Shown here in pieces: positions 1 through 15,544 of a stretch of DNA of 64,000 nt; positions within the stretch are counted from its first letter, which is position 1; each line of letters begins with the position of its first letter. A model generated the notes under the pieces. That model worked only from the letters and a program-made list of their open reading frames with translations, did not search any database and was not told the DNA's origin. The translations under genes were made by a program, and so were the position numbers. The stretch is taken from the NCBI RefSeq assembly GCF_009914755.1, contig NC_060939.1. The stretch is one strand, 5' to 3'. This DNA comes from the human T2T-CHM13v2.0 reference genome, Homo sapiens.

Positions 1-892
1 AATGTAGAAGATATTAGATAGGATCATTAAACCTATTTCAAAATGGAATCCAGTGACTCTGGCCATACTAAACCAAAATTAAGCAAATATAATTGGCTGG
101 GAGTCAGGTCCCTGGGGAGAAGTATAAGCCAGTTTTTATACAAAGTCAGCTAAGGAGTGAGTGTTTGATAACCCTTTTATTGTAACAAAAAGTGGGTAAA
201 GAAAATGATGATAGATCTTTTAGAAAATAATCTCCTGTTCCAAGCAAAGGATTGTTCTCCACCACCACCAACAAAATTTTTGTTACTGAAAAAAAAGATA
301 AGAAGAATGTGTATGCAATTGTTCATATATATACATATATAAAAGTAGCAAACAGAAATACACGGAGTAAAAAGTGTTCTCCCTGTACGCTCTCTGCTCT
401 CTTTTGGCAGCTCAAACCCACTACTCTCCCCAGGGAGAAAACAATGTTAACTGTTCAGTGTTTGTTATTCTAGTCTTTTCCCTTTGTATTTGCATTTAAA
501 TATGGGCACACAAGCATCTGTACGTGTGTACATATTTTAATATCAGAAGAGTCATACTCGACATATTTTGAACGTACATTTTTTATTATTTATGTATCTT
601 GACAATCTTTTAATCTCAGCATACAAATGTACCCCAGACTTTTCATAATGTTCCTCTCCTGTGCAGACGATATGTGTGTATGAATTTATGAATGAAGATG
701 GCTATATTTCTGCTTAAGTAATACTATTTTTATGTAAAATATTTAGACAATACCAAAGGTGAAAGAAAAAATTAAAAATCAACTGAAATCCTTGAGATAA
801 TCCTTATTTTGGCGACCATTTAAAAAATGTTTTTCTTTAGCTATTTACACGAGTGTGAACATACATCACACCTGCCACATATAAAGGTATAA

Positions 893-1234
<342 letters not shown>

Positions 1235-1527
1235 AATGTAGTATTTATAAGTGGATTATACATACAAGATGATTTTTGTCATGGAACTATTTTATCTGCT
1301 TGGGGATTTTTATCTTTCCTCTACTCCCTTTCTCCTATCTTTCCTCTCCCAGTAACCAGTAGTAACAACCTGGTGTACATTTTTCCTACCTTTCTCAATG
1401 CCCATATAATCATATACATATGAAATTATATAATTTACACTCATCTTCATTATTCATTTTTCACAGAACTGATTCTACATCAACTGAAATGTAGCCCACT
1501 CATTTTTTTTTTGCTGGATAATATTCT

Positions 1528-1625
1528 AAGGCAAGGATCAGCAAACTGCAATAAACGGATCAAATCCATCCAGCCACCTATTTGTATAAATAAAGTTTTG
1601 TTGGAACATAGCTTCACCCATTTTT
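1528..1625. mobile_element. MER58-like hAT DNA transposon fragment
   Basis: cagcaaactg...aaataaagttttgttggaacatagc resembles the MER58A consensus as recalled. Confidence 0.55.
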
Positions 1626-2744
1626 GTATTGAGCAGTTTAACCTTTTAAATTCTTTACCTGTTATATGTGACACAATTTTCCCCCCAATCCATTGTCTTT
1701 TGCTTTGTTATGGTATTTTGCCATAAAAAATTTTTTTTTAATGCAATAAAGTAAAACATGCCTCTTCTTTTCTAGCTTTTAGTTTCCTATTTTGATTTAA
1801 AAGGCTGCCTAACTCCAGGATTATCCTTGTATTTTCCTAAAATTTCTTCTAAGGTTTTTATCACTTGCATTTTTTATAGGCCTGGAATACATTTTTATGT
1901 CTATATTGAGTGGCATTGTAGTATAACGTAGTATAAGATCACAGATAATGAACAAATAGCTAACAATAATGTAGTATAAGATCACAGACCCTGGTTCTGT
2001 GATTTACTACCTGTTCGACCTTTGACAAGGTCCTTAACATTTATATGTTGTTTTCCTCTCTAAAATGGGGCTGATTCTTGTACCTGTTTTGTAAGATGAT
2101 AGTGAAGCTTAAATGAGTGGTTATTATGTAGAAAATATTTCGAACATTATCTGGTACATAGAAACATGTGCTTTTACTGTTATTACATGGTGTGAGTAGG
2201 CATCTCATTTTTTTCCCATATGGATAACCAGTTGTCCTAGTAACATTTATTGAGTAGTTAGTTCATCCTTTTCCTCAATCGATTTAAAATGTCATCTCTA
2301 CTACATGTTAAGTTTCCAAATATATATAGCTCTGTTTGGGGGCTTTATAGCCTGTTATGTGTCTTTATCCTCTGCTCCAGAGCCACAGTGGCTTAGTTAC
2401 TATAGCTTTATACATACTTGTAACTAACAAGTGGAGTCCCTTTACTTTGTTTTGCAGAATTACTTTGGCTCTTACTGGCTTTTTTTTTTTTGCTCTTCCA
2501 TATAGTTTTGTAAACACTCATCAGAATTTACAAAAACTGTTTGTTATTAAGTCTTAGTGTGGAAAGGAGTGATACTAAGTGGCCATTATTAGAATGGAAC
2601 CTGCAGTCTCTTATTAATACTTTAACCATTGGAAGTTTTTAGAAGTTATCTGGTTATGTAATCTAAAGATTAGTGCCATCCACCATGCTAGGTGGGTACT
2701 GGGAATATAGCAAATGAAAACTGTACAAAGATAGATCATAAGCC

Positions 2745-3305
2745 TGCATTTCCCAAACTATACCCTGAGATACCCAAAGGAACCTCAGAGAACTCCCAGG
2801 GTCATTTCAAACTTCTAGGGAAACATGGCCACATCTGTTGGACATTATGCGAACTTCTAGCTCAAGGTAGTTCACAGTTTCAACATCTGATTGTGCCATC
2901 TTCATTTTGTACCTGTGATATCTTTGTGAAGTTGAGCTTTTAGTGGTTACTGTTTTAAAAAGCAAGTACTATGCAAAAATCAGTGTGGAACAGGAAATGT
3001 GGGTGGCAGTATTTAGTTGCACAGCATCTAAGTTTTAGAAGTTGTGCAGGGCCCTGTAGGTGAAAACATCCCATAGTAACTAATTGTGGTTATTTTAAAA
3101 TGAAATATATATATATATTTTTCAGTTTGCATGTATTATTTTTTCAAAAAGGTGTTAATTTGTTGGGACATAGATACTCATTTTGTTTGAACCTAACTGT
3201 TAAAAGAAATAGGATGGTTAGCTATCTCTTTTGACCTATGGAATTCTTGAAAGAAATTATAGAGAAAATAAGGGTACCAGGAGCCAAGCAAGTTTGGGAA
3301 CCTCT
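2745..3305. mobile_element. hAT-Charlie-like DNA transposon remnant
   Basis: Perfect 10-bp inverted ends ttcccaaact (2750-2759) / agtttgggaa (3291-3300), typical of Charlie TIRs. Confidence 0.55.
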
Positions 3306-4353
3306 CTACTTTAACTTAAAGTTATTACAAATATTCAAAGATTAAGAACATTTGGAGTGCTCTGTAGGTAGCGCATACACCATGCTTGCTTAGAACAGGC
3401 AAAACTAACATTGCCTGGGCACCTGGGACAGACAGCATTTCTGAGCAAATGATATTTAAGCTGAGCTTGAAGGAAGACTGAGAACTGACTGAAAAGGAGT
3501 GGTGGTGGGAATAGCTTGTGTGAAGAGGCGGGAGCGGTGGGGAACTGACTGGGAGAGCAATGCAGGGGAGCTGGAAATAGGCAGAAGCTAGATCAGGTGG
3601 TGACTGACGTGGCAGTCGACTAAAGGAGTTTCTTCAGGTTTCTTTGTAAAAGGCAACGGCAAGCCTTTGAGGGGTTTTAAGTGAAGAGAGGATATCTTAG
3701 GTCACTGCCCTCCTACTGAGAGAACAAAATACAAAACGATATACAGAAATATTTAAGTAACTTTTTGTAAAAATTTTGAAGTGCCTTGATTTTGAAAGGC
3801 ATTTGTAAGCTTTCCTTTGAGTGTAATTCACTCTTACTTTTTCAAACACATATACTTTTTTTCGTTGTTCAACCTGGCTCAATTTTAAAAATGAAATAAA
3901 AAGCAAGACAGTGTTAAACTGCGAAACATTTAAATTGTAATTTTGGGGGTATTTTTTCAAATGGCAAAAATTGTGTTGTAATTTTGAAATAGAATGTATT
4001 TTATTATCAGTAATACAATATTTCAGATTTTTAATTTGTGTATTTTAGCCACCAATCTAACACATTTATCTTTTAAGTTTCTGAGTTAAGTTTGGGGGGT
4101 ATAATAGAGATTTAATAGTTACATAGTAAAGATATAAAGGTAATTTCTCTTAGTTTAGCTATCTTTTTATACTTTTTATTTATGTGTTTATTCTACTATG
4201 ATTCCAGTAAACTAATGCAACATAAACATTTTGATAGTAATAAGAAACTAATTGCAGGTTACTTTTTAAAAATTTCTAAGCTTATTTTCAGGAATTTTAA
4301 GACTTGAAAAATAAATTTCATGGTCATTAAATGGGCATAGAGACCTGAAACAC

Positions 4354-4641
<288 letters not shown>

Positions 4642-5838
4642 ACCTCTTTTCTAATACCTGCTTGTGGTGTTTGGGAAAGTGTAATTAGTCTGATTAGAAT
4701 TAGAATTTGTTTATCATTGAAGTATTGGAAAACTTTTAAAACAATTGAATGTTATTTCTTTCCCTCTGCCAGTGTGTTTTATATTTCTTTAGAGGTGTTT
4801 GTTCATTATATAATATAGAATTTATGTCATCCTTAAATTCATAATGCAAATAAATTATAAAGAAGTGTGTAGATATATTCGAAAAACAGTCTTAGTTTCA
4901 TTTGCTGGATTGGGTTTCTCTGATTTTTCACATGAAGAAAGCTGATGACAACTTGAGTTGTTTATAAGGGAATTGGTCAGAAGTTTTCTTGAAGAAAAGT
5001 GATAAAGCTTTAAGTTGGAAAGCTTTCCAACAGGCTGAGAGTATAAGGTTTATAACAAATATTTTTCTTTAAATTTTGTTCTTCCCATGTTCAAAGAACT
5101 GACGGGGACTTAGAGAAAGTAAGCTAATTCCTTCCGTGCTCTTTACACTAAAATGAATTCTAGATGAAGATTAAATGTAGAAAATCACAAGAGTAATAGA
5201 ACAAAGCAAGGCTGAAATTTTTTATGATCTTGGGATAAAAAAGACCTAAGTATAACTATGTTTAGTTTTATGTAGCTTAAAATTTATTCTTATAACAAAT
5301 ATTATAAAGTCAAATGGAAAAAAGAATATTTGTAAAATATGATAGCAGATTGCTTTTTAAGTCAGTCGGATGAATAAATTCTCTAGAAAATGGACAAAGT
5401 GTGTGTATAGTAAATTTATGAAAAAAATACAAATAACTGATAAACATAAAAAGATACCTCTTAAGAATCATTTTAATTTTCTGCCTCTTTTATGTTCAAC
5501 AGAGAATTTCACTTTGAATGCAGTAACTTAAAGTATTTATAAATCTGATTCTAGGGTTTGAAATAAAACTTTTATTAGATACTCATGTCATTTAACAAGG
5601 CTTGTTTATCTCAGGTAGAAGGTTTTTTTTTCCCCTAATGTTCTTCTAAATGGCTCAAAGTTTGGTTTCCTACTTGAAAGTAAATCTTATTTATTAGACA
5701 TTTGTAGTGAGATGACTATTTATGTGTCACATTCAAAGAACAACAGTTAATAATTTTTGGACTTGTTAGTAATATATTTTCTGACAAATAATAGAAGAGA
5801 GATTTGCTTAACTTTGTTCTTTTTCTTTATTTTTGTAG

Positions 5839-6156
5839 GAGCCAGCATTCGAACGTTCACTCCATTTTATTTTCTGGTGGAGCCGGTGGATACACTCTCA
5901 GTTAGAGGCTCTTCTGTTATATTAAACTGTTCAGCATATTCTGAGCCTTCTCCAAAAATTGAATGGAAAAAAGATGGAACTTTTTTAAACTTAGTATCAG
6001 ATGATCGACGCCAGCTTCTCCCGGATGGATCTTTATTTATCAGCAATGTGGTGCATTCCAAACACAATAAACCTGATGAAGGTTATTATCAGTGTGTGGC
6101 CACTGTTGAGAGTCTTGGAACTATTATCAGTAGAACAGCGAAGCTCATAGTAGCAG
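5839..6156 (+). CDS. NEO1: Neogenin-1 coding exon (likely exon 2), Ig-like domain 1; 318 nt, phase 1-1
   Basis: Acceptor ttttgtAG (5837-5838) and donor GTaagt (6157). Translation (G)[33 protein letters not shown]...IEWKKDG...[27 protein letters not shown] has the Ig Cys, Trp and DxGxYxC motifs and is recognised as neogenin (DCC family). Confidence 0.97.
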
Positions 6157-7146
6157 GTAAGTTTTAAGTGATTTTTTTTTTTTGCATTTTCAAATATTTA
6201 TAACATACATCTTGATAAAAGCACTGTTCTCTTGGAGTTTTCTTTTAATTAGTAGCAACAAATATACTCATTTAACAGATATCAATTGTGCATATACTCT
6301 GCGTATGGGACCTTGCTGTAGGGCTTGCTCAGTGCCGTAGAGAATAAACTGTAGCGTGTTTCCACTTGTCTGATGGCTTAATATTGCTATCAGAAGTACT
6401 GAGCAGTTCTTTTCTCCTTTTAAACTTGGAAGTGGCAGAGGAAGTGGTATAGGAAAATTAAATCACTTTGACGGCCAACTTCTATCTTACCCAGCATAAC
6501 CATTTAGTATGGTTTTGTAAAACTTGCAGTAAAGTCAGAATCCTGGTTCCTTGATGCCTTAACCAAGGAAATGACATTCAATTGGATTAATTGTTTTAAA
6601 ATCTACAGAGTGTATATTAAGGTGGAGAGCAGAAAGTTATAAAGAGAGGAACTTTCCCTCCTTTTCAGAGTATCCTTATTTGAAGAATGATGGAAAGTGT
6701 AAGAAAAATTAGGGATCTTGAAGAGTAAGATGTGGTTTCTAAGTAAGTCATGTCTGTTTTGTAGTAGATACTAGCGTTCCTGAGATAGTGTTTCTTTACT
6801 TGAGTACCAGATGAAATAGTTTTTGTGAAGGGTCATGTTATACAAAAATGTTATCTTTAAGTCCTGTATTTACTCTCACCTTGGTGAAACGCCCACGTGT
6901 GAGACAGAACCTCAGAGACAGTAGTCTCCCATCTCATTCCTACTCCAGGATTATGGTTTCCCATCTCATGCTCACTCCAGAGTATATTTGCTTATACATT
7001 CAGAGCATAATGGCTGGTTTTTTTCCTCTTTGGGGACAAATACTCAAAGTTGAATTTGGGTGTGACAAAGTTTCTGTAATTATTCCATAATCATAGATTG
7101 AGGATGGAAAAATAAAAGAAGAAAAAAATGGGTCCTTTTGCCAATT

Positions 7147-7257
7147 TCCCTTTTCTTTCCTTCCTTCTCTCCCTCCTTCCCTTCTACCCTCCCTTCCTTG
7201 CTTCCTTCTTTCCTCTTTTTATTTTTCTTCCTTTTCTTTTCTTTCTTCTCTCTCCCT
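7147..7257. repeat. Polypyrimidine (TTCC/TC-rich) low-complexity tract
   Basis: ~110 nt that are almost entirely C/T. Confidence 0.8.
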
Positions 7258-8295
7258 TAAAAAATAATCTATTTGCCAGGCTTTCTCCAACATGTTTCAT
7301 AAATAAATTAGTATAATGACTGCCTCTACAACGTCACTTAGGTCAGTGTCTGTTTATAATTTAAGTTCTTAAATATCTCTTATCTGGGCTTTATTCATGG
7401 GCTCCTTCCTCTCGGCTGTCCCCCCATATACTATCATCAAATCCAGTGAATTCTGCTTAGTAATTTCTCTGTACTTAATCCACTTTCTCCTTCCCGAGGC
7501 TACTCCCAGTCTTCCCTCACCACAGCCTTATAAGCATCTGCCTGCTACCTTATTCTTCCCCTCCTCCAGTCCAGTCTCCACCCTGTCTAGAGTACTCTTT
7601 CTCACCCTTCAGTGATCCTCCAGTAACACCATCAAGGTAACATCTAACTCTTAAATAACAGGCCTGTTGATTCCTTTTATGAGCTGTCCTCCACTTCTCC
7701 AACCTTATTTCTTAACATTTCACCCTGCCTCTGTCCCCACCCCCGTCCCCTACATCCACCATCACCCTCGCCACAGTTTTAAGCACTGGCAGTACTGTTT
7801 TGTTTCCTTTCATTTATTCTCTGCCTTCCAGCCTTTGCTCATGGCATCCCCACTGCCTGTTAATTTTATCCTCCACCTTTTCCTCACTTTCTTCTCCTCT
7901 GCTAAGTTTGTCCATTCTTCCTCTTTGATACCTTCAGGAAGCATTTTTTTGACCCAGTATCTAAGCAAGCAGCACCGTAGAAGGTGATACATTCTGTGAT
8001 GACTGCATACAGGGTTCTGTAGGAAAGTTATTTAAACCACTCTTGGCCCTAGGTATCAGGAGTAAATAGTGCCCAAGTTAAGGGATTAAATAAAAGTTCT
8101 TTTAAATAGTTGCATGGTATACATTGTCTAGATATACATACTGTGATTTATTTAAAGATTTCTTTATTGATGAACAATTAAATGGATTAAAATTGTTGGA
8201 TGTTATAGGCAATACTATAGTGAACTGCCTTCTGCAAATCTTTATTTCTGTAAAACAGATTACTGGAATTGGGATTGCTGGATCATAGGATACAC

Positions 8296-8320
8296 TGTGT
8301 GTGTGTGTGTGTGTGCGCGC
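8296..8320. repeat. (TG)n(CG)n microsatellite
   Basis: tgtgtgtgtgtgtgtgtgtgcgcgc. Confidence 0.85.
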
Positions 8321-9119
8321 AATTAAAAGGTACTAGTTTGTCAGTTCCTCAAAATGTTAACCATAGTGTTACCATATGACCTAGCAGTTCCACTTGTAGG
8401 TGTCCTGGGGTAGTTATGGGTTATGCAGAGTGACTGCAAGTGAGTACAAGATTTCTTCCCGGAATGATGAAAAGGTTCTGAAATTAGATTATGGTGATGA
8501 TTACACAACTTTGTTCATATACTAAAAAATATTAAATTATGTACTTTAGATAGTGAATTTTATGGTATATAAATTACATCTCAATAAAACCTAAAAAAAT
8601 TCTGCCAAATTGCCAATCTAAAAGACTTAGAGTTTTTTGGTTGCAAGCAGTAGAAACTGATTGTAGCCAAGTCAAGCAAGAAGGGAAGTTTTTGAAAGAA
8701 CATTAAATAGGTAACTCATAGAATTAAGTATGAGAGGTCTTTTTCTCTGAGCTGTCTCATTTCTCCACAACCAAAATTTCTGTTTTTCTGCCTGGGCAGT
8801 ATGCTGGCTGTGAGTATTTTGTGCCCAGAGGTGGGGTAATAGGGTGTTCTAAATACAGACATTGTTAATATCTTCTTGTCAACTCCGGGTCTTAACTCCC
8901 ACTCTCCTTTTTCTCCTGCAGTTCTCCAGAGGCAGCAGGACAACCGGCTTCCTTCTTGGGAGCGCAGGAAGCTGCAGCGTTCCCTGCCTTGTTATGTCAG
9001 TTACTAGTCCTCCATCTGCTTTCCCTACTCAGAAATTTTTTGAAATCTCTTGTCTGCCAATTCTCCATATGTTTTTGTGAGCTTACATTTTAAAAATTAT
9101 TAATTTTCATGAGACCTCA

Positions 9120-9481
<362 letters not shown>

Positions 9482-10129
9482 AAAATAGAACCATATTTTG
9501 GTTTTATTGATTAAGATTTCCTCCTTTCCCCAACTTGATCAAATTCTGTGTTTATCTTTGTTAATTCTTATCTTCTGATATTCTGGTTTCTTAAAAGTAG
9601 ATTTTTGGTCAAATCTGGGGAGCTCAAGGTAAAAAAGCAGATTTTTTAGATAATTTTATCTTTATTTTTTTCCTTCAAAAATCCCCTTGAAATAAAAAAA
9701 AAATAAGAAAAAGAAAAAGTTTATTGCAGGGCTGTAAAACCTGTGTGATTTATGTTTGGACTAATTCACCATCATAAAACTAGAAAACCTGTAATCATTT
9801 CTCATGATTTGTTTGCTCTTCCTTAAAGAAACATATTGTTTTATTCTGAGCATAGCAATCACTTTTTAGATATTATAATAGCTAGTTAAGTGTTTATGCA
9901 ATATACTATATATAAATTATTTATTTTAAGTACTTTTTTTTTTTTTAACAATCCTGTGAGGCCTGTTATTCTCATTTTACTTGTGAAGAAACTGAGTCTT
10001 AGGGAGTGGTTAAATAACTTGCCAACTTCAGACACCCATGAAGTGGTGGTGTTGGGATTCAGATTCAGATATGTGACTTGAAAACTGATGCTCTTAGCTG
10101 CTACATCCTGTGGCGTCTATATTTATGAC

Positions 10130-11351
10130 GACATTTTTGGTTCACATTTTATTTTGAGATCATTTTAAACGTAGGGAGTAGGTGCAAGAATAGAACCAAG
10201 AAATCTCATATACCTTCACCTAGATTACCTGATTGTTAACATCTTATCGTATCTGCCTTAACCCCCCAAAAATGCATACATCCAAAGACATATTTTTTCG
10301 GAGCCAGTAAGAGTAAATTGCAGACAGGTTTTCCTTTAACTGCCACCTAAATACCTAACGTGTATATTTCTTTGAAACAAGGACATTCTCCTAGATAACC
10401 ACAGATGTCCATCAAAATTAGGAAATTAACCTTAATACAATACTACTGTTTAATTTAGATTTCACTGATTATCTCAATAATGTTCTTTATAGTAAAAACC
10501 AAAAGCAGAGTACCCGCCTGTCCTCCTCCCACACATACTCTTATTTCTGGCCCAAGATTACATATTTCACTTGGTGGCTGTGTCCTTTAAAACTCTTTAG
10601 ATATAACTTGGTTTTTCCTTGCCTCATTTTGAGTTTGTTTGATTTCTCCCTGAATAGATTCAGATTCCTCATTTTTGGGAGAAATACCACAGAAGTAATG
10701 CTGTGTTCTCAGTGCATCATGCCAAGAAGCATGTGATATTTTGTTCTGTTGCTGGTGATGTTAACTTTTACTACTTAAGATGGTCTGTGCAGTGTTTCTC
10801 CATTGTAAAGCTTGGTACTTTTGTTAGTTAATAATGAGTATTTTGGGAAGAGATACTTTGATACTCTGTAAATATACTGTTCCTCATGACATTTTTGTTT
10901 ACTAGTTTTGGTGTCCATTGAGGATTCATACGTGAATCAGTTATTACTATCAAATGGTGATTTTTCTAGTTCCATCATTTCTATAAGGCAAAGCTTTTCC
11001 TTTTCTTCCACTTATTTGTTTATATTTGCATGAACCGACAGATTCTTGTCTTATTCAGTGGGTTATAATGCATGTTAATACCATTATCCCAGGTTTAATC
11101 AGAGGAAGCTCCCTTCAGTCTGACTTCTGTGCCCTTTTGATATGTCCACATTGTTCTTTGGACAGTTTTCTTACTTTACGTCGTAAGATGTACCAGGTTC
11201 ATCTTGTGCTTTCTCTCCTTCTGCACTCTTAGAATTGGCCATTTCTCCAAGAAATTATTTAGAAAAGGTAGAGACACCATATGTACCATTGCTACTGAAG
11301 TAATATGGATGCTGCACCTTCTCTGTGGACAGGGCTAGGAAATATATAGGG

Positions 11352-11386
<35 letters not shown>

Positions 11387-11700
11387 CACATTATATATAT
11401 TATATATATGTATAGCAATGAATATGTAAAGACTAGACAAAATGTGTACATGTTTCACACATACTTTTATATTTATATAGATATCATATATATTTTTATA
11501 TCTATGATTATATAAAACCATGATGTTTACACTGATACCTCCATTCTAGACCAGTACCATAGGACTTATTCTACCCATCTCCTTTTCAATGTTTATACCT
11601 TGCTTCTCTAACTGTGAGGAATCTGATTCCAGTTATCCTTAATGCATTTACTTATTTGCCCAGTATCCCTGTATTTAGCTAATTTCCATGGACTTTCTTC
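10130..11700 (-). mobile_element. Ancient L1 (L1MC/ME-like) 3' fragments with a (TG)n(TA)n microsatellite at ~11352-11410
   Basis: Degenerate L1M 3'-region wording (gaaataccacagaagtaatgctgtgttctcagtgcatcat; gttaactttt). Boundaries approximate. Confidence 0.5.
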
Positions 11701-11819
11701 TCAACCCTGGTTCTGCCATATGTTGTAGCCATGTGAGCTGACTTGCTCCTGGCTCCCAAGACAAAATTTTAAAGTAATATTTAAATAAATTTTATTTCTT
11801 CTCTTCCTTTATTGTCCAG

Positions 11820-12095
11820 GTCTTCCAAGATTTACCAGCCAACCAGAACCTTCCTCAGTTTATGCTGGGAACAATGCAATTCTGAATTGTGAAGTTAATG
11901 CAGATTTGGTCCCATTTGTGAGGTGGGAACAGAACAGACAACCCCTTCTTCTGGATGATAGAGTTATCAAACTTCCAAGTGGAATGCTGGTTATCAGCAA
12001 TGCAACTGAAGGAGATGGCGGGCTTTATCGCTGCGTAGTGGAAAGTGGTGGGCCACCAAAGTATAGTGATGAAGTTGAATTGAAGGTTCTTCCAG
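11820..12095 (+). CDS. NEO1: Neogenin-1 coding exon (likely exon 3), Ig-like domain 2; 276 nt, phase 1-1
   Basis: Acceptor ttgtccAG (11818-11819) and donor GTatt (12096). Translates (G)[37 protein letters not shown]...[27 protein letters not shown], in frame with the previous exon. Confidence 0.97.
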
Positions 12096-12182
12096 GTATT
12101 AACTCATTATCAGGACTGATGGTTTTATGTTTATGAATGGGTAAACATTGTTCTGTTAGAATTTTTAAAAATAATGAATGTT

Positions 12183-12522
<340 letters not shown>

Positions 12523-13311
12523 TTACAGAAGTGAAAAGAAGAAAATGTGCCAGAAGATCCACTCTTTAGGGAATGCATTATTAAAAATTTATCAAGCAAT
12601 AAAGTATATTCACTGTCTAATGGTATTCTTCTTGGTCAAAAAAATATTAGTGCTGTGTCTTTTGTCAAGCCTTCTCTCCAACAATAGGATATTTTTATTG
12701 TTAGGTCTTTTCACTTGTGCAAATCAGAGACCCATCCAGGCTAGTTCGTATAAGGGATGGGTTGGGTGGTAAGTGTTAACATGGTGGCTCTAGAGACAAT
12801 GGCAGGCAAGAGTCCTTGGATCTTTATACTCCCCGTTTTAGTGTAAATTCAGCTCCTATTTCAGTCTTTCTTCTTTTTGTGTGTCTTCTCAGTTCCTGCC
12901 CCTTCTGGTGTTCCTCATAATCAATTTTGTATATCTTTTCTCACTGTATAACTTCTGCTTACTCATAACTTCCTCCCAGTTGTAGCTCATCATAGCCCCT
13001 CTAGCCTTTTGGTGTTTCATGACTGTTTACCTTCTGTTCTCACTGCTAGGTGCCCCCTCCATATTTCTTATCTCAAATTTGAGTTTCTGAATATAATTGA
13101 ACTATCCCTACATTATTTGGGAAGAGTTATATGTCTATTAAATAGGCTCATTTTTAATCTATGGACTGGTTCGCAAAGCAGGACTGTGAGCTACAACTCT
13201 TGAGGGTGTTCCTAATAGCCCTTCAACTCATAAATGTAGGTTCTTTTTTTGTCGTTATCCCTCGTCATTCCTGTCTCAGTATATTCTCAGCAAGGACAGT
13301 ATCTTTTAAAG

Positions 13312-13657
13312 TGTGCGTTTGTGCGTGTGTGTGTGTGAGCGCCTGTGCACGCATATGCATATGTGTATGTGTCTTGAGACACGGTCTTGCTCTGTAACCC
13401 GGGCTAGAGTGCAGTGGTGCGATCTTGGTTCGCTGCAGCCTTGATCTCCTGGGCTCAAGTGTTCCTCCTACCTCAGCCTACGAGTAGCTGGGACAAACGG
13501 TACACACCACCACATCTGGCTAATTTTTTTGTATTTTTTTTAGAGATGGGATTTTGCCATATTGCCCAAGTTGGCCTTGAACTCCTGGGCTCAAGTGATT
13601 CTCCTACCTTGGCCTCCCAAAGTGCTGGGCTTATAGGTATGGGCCACAGTGGCCAGC
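13312..13657 (-). mobile_element. AluJ-like with tail converted to degenerate (TG)n
   Basis: Antisense Alu body ~13375-13657 preceded by a (TG)-rich tract. Confidence 0.85.
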
Positions 13658-13659
13658 GT

Positions 13660-14190
13660 GAGATGTATATTATTAGATCTTGTCACACCTTTGCTCAAAA
13701 CTCCCTAATGGTTTTCCATGTCATTCAGAGTTAAAGTTCTGGGCTGTAAAGATTTATAATCTTAATACCACTTCCTTCCTTTCTCTCCCCTATCCCATCT
13801 CCTACTCTTTTCTCCCTCACTCGAAGATTGTGATCACTTTATGTTTCTAGAACAATCCAGATATGCTCTTGGCCATTTTCTCTGTCTGGAATCCTCTTTC
13901 CTCAGATACCTGCCTGGGTCACTGTCTTACCTCTCTGCTCAAATATCGCTTTATCAGTGAAGCCTTCCTTGAACACTCTGTTTAAAACAACAATCTTTGA
14001 TTTCCACCCCCAGTGTTTTCTCCTTCTACCTTCATTTTACTTCAGAACATATTACCATCTGACATGTTCTATCTTACTTGTCTCTCTCCCTCATTAGTAT
14101 GTAAGCTCAACCAGAGCAGGGAATTTTTGTCTGCTGCCAAAAACACTTTCTGGCACATAGAAGCCAGTAATATTGGCTATGAATTTGTTT
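13660..14190 (+). mobile_element. L2 fragment
   Basis: ttgctcaaaactccc...ctctgtctggaatcct...gtaagctc...tggcacatagaag are typical L2 3' motifs. Confidence 0.55.
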
Positions 14191-14765
14191 AATTGATTCT
14201 ATCAAAATTCAATTAAATATACCTAAGTAATTCAAGTTGAATTAAAAAAAAGAACTATTGCCATATACCAATATTATTCAGTCTGCTTGCTCACTTGCTT
14301 TTACATGACAGAGGTAATACTTCTCAACACCTAGGGTAGCATTTAAGCAAATCCTCAAAATCTGAATCCAAGAAAACAAGATTTGTAGTGTCAAAAGGTG
14401 AGATCACTACTCAACATCTGAAACGAAAACATAATGTGGAATGTTTTGCTTACTTAAGTAAGGGAGAGTTGTGCTTGTCAAACATAGTTTTCTTGAGCAA
14501 AGCTAAGTCCTTATCTCCTATAGAGTTTTTCAGAAGACATTGTTTTGGGTTGTACTGGTTAAGAGACAGAGGTGGATTAATGTCAGTCATAGAAATATGT
14601 TTTGTGGTTGATTACGGAGGTGGGAGCAAGTTAATGTCAGCCTTAAAAGTCAGTGACTCCACCATTAGTTGGCTGACTTTTAAAGCCTGGGCTTATCACT
14701 GATTGGCTTTCAAAGCCACATTCACCCTTGTGAGTTGTCACTAATCGATTAGGCAATGTTTCCTT

Positions 14766-14779
14766 GTTACCATGGCTAC
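14766..14779. promoter_or_regulatory. Candidate RFX X-box motif
   Basis: GTTACCATGGCTAC is close to the palindromic X-box GTTNCCATGGNAAC; function untested. Confidence 0.35.
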
Positions 14780-15544
14780 AGGACTGTCATTAATTGGTTA
14801 GACAAGTTTAAAGCTAGTCCTGGAGGTTGTTATCATGGCTGTAGAACATCTTTTCCAAAGCATATGGGCACAAGAGTCACATCTCTTCTGCCTGAGACCT
14901 TTTTGTCAAAACTCAATATTAAGTTAATATTACCTTATTGAGGAGAGAACTCTGTCTTCTGCCCACAAGAGTGTGGCCTTTTCATGTATTCACAAGAGGA
15001 CAACTCTATAAAGTGAACACACATTAATTCTAATGTCTGAATAAGAAATACAAAAATATAGTGGTAGCTAGATTGTTGCTCAGTTACAAAATCAAGGGAC
15101 TGACAGACTGAGCAAGTTAAAGAGACGAAACTCAGAAAGCTTTTCAGAAATAACACACAGATACAGGGAAGGAAAGGAAACCTCTTATCCCTGTGAGTAA
15201 GGAGAATGCCAGGGGTCCTGAGCTTGCTCAGTCTCCACTGTTTGTACACATGGCTTTTATCTTATCTTTCAATGTGAATGGGATTCATGTCAAATATCTC
15301 TCGATTGATTGACAAGTACGTACCCTGAAGGCAGGAGCAATAAGTTATACATCCTTAAGACCCCTAAAGAGCCTAGCACAATGCTTTGCACATAGAATTT
15401 ATTTGAGAAGTGTTTGCTAATTTGAATGGAAATTTTTGTATCACTTTTGCTTAAAATATTTTGTCATATAAAGCCACACAGACTGAATAAGAACCAGTCA
15501 TTCCTCAAGATTAAAGCAGTAAAGTGCTTTGTTGTGTGTGTATG

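Noticed and set aside
5757-5838. N-terminal extension of the 136-aa ORF (MDLLVIYFL...FFFFIFV) as a signal or TM segment
   Set aside because: It starts at TTG and is the translated polypyrimidine tract of the exon acceptor.
12096-12136. Read-through tail [13 protein letters not shown] after exon 3 as an alternative C-terminus
   Set aside because: It is a chance open frame past a GT donor whose phase matches the next exon; there is no supporting evidence in the sequence.
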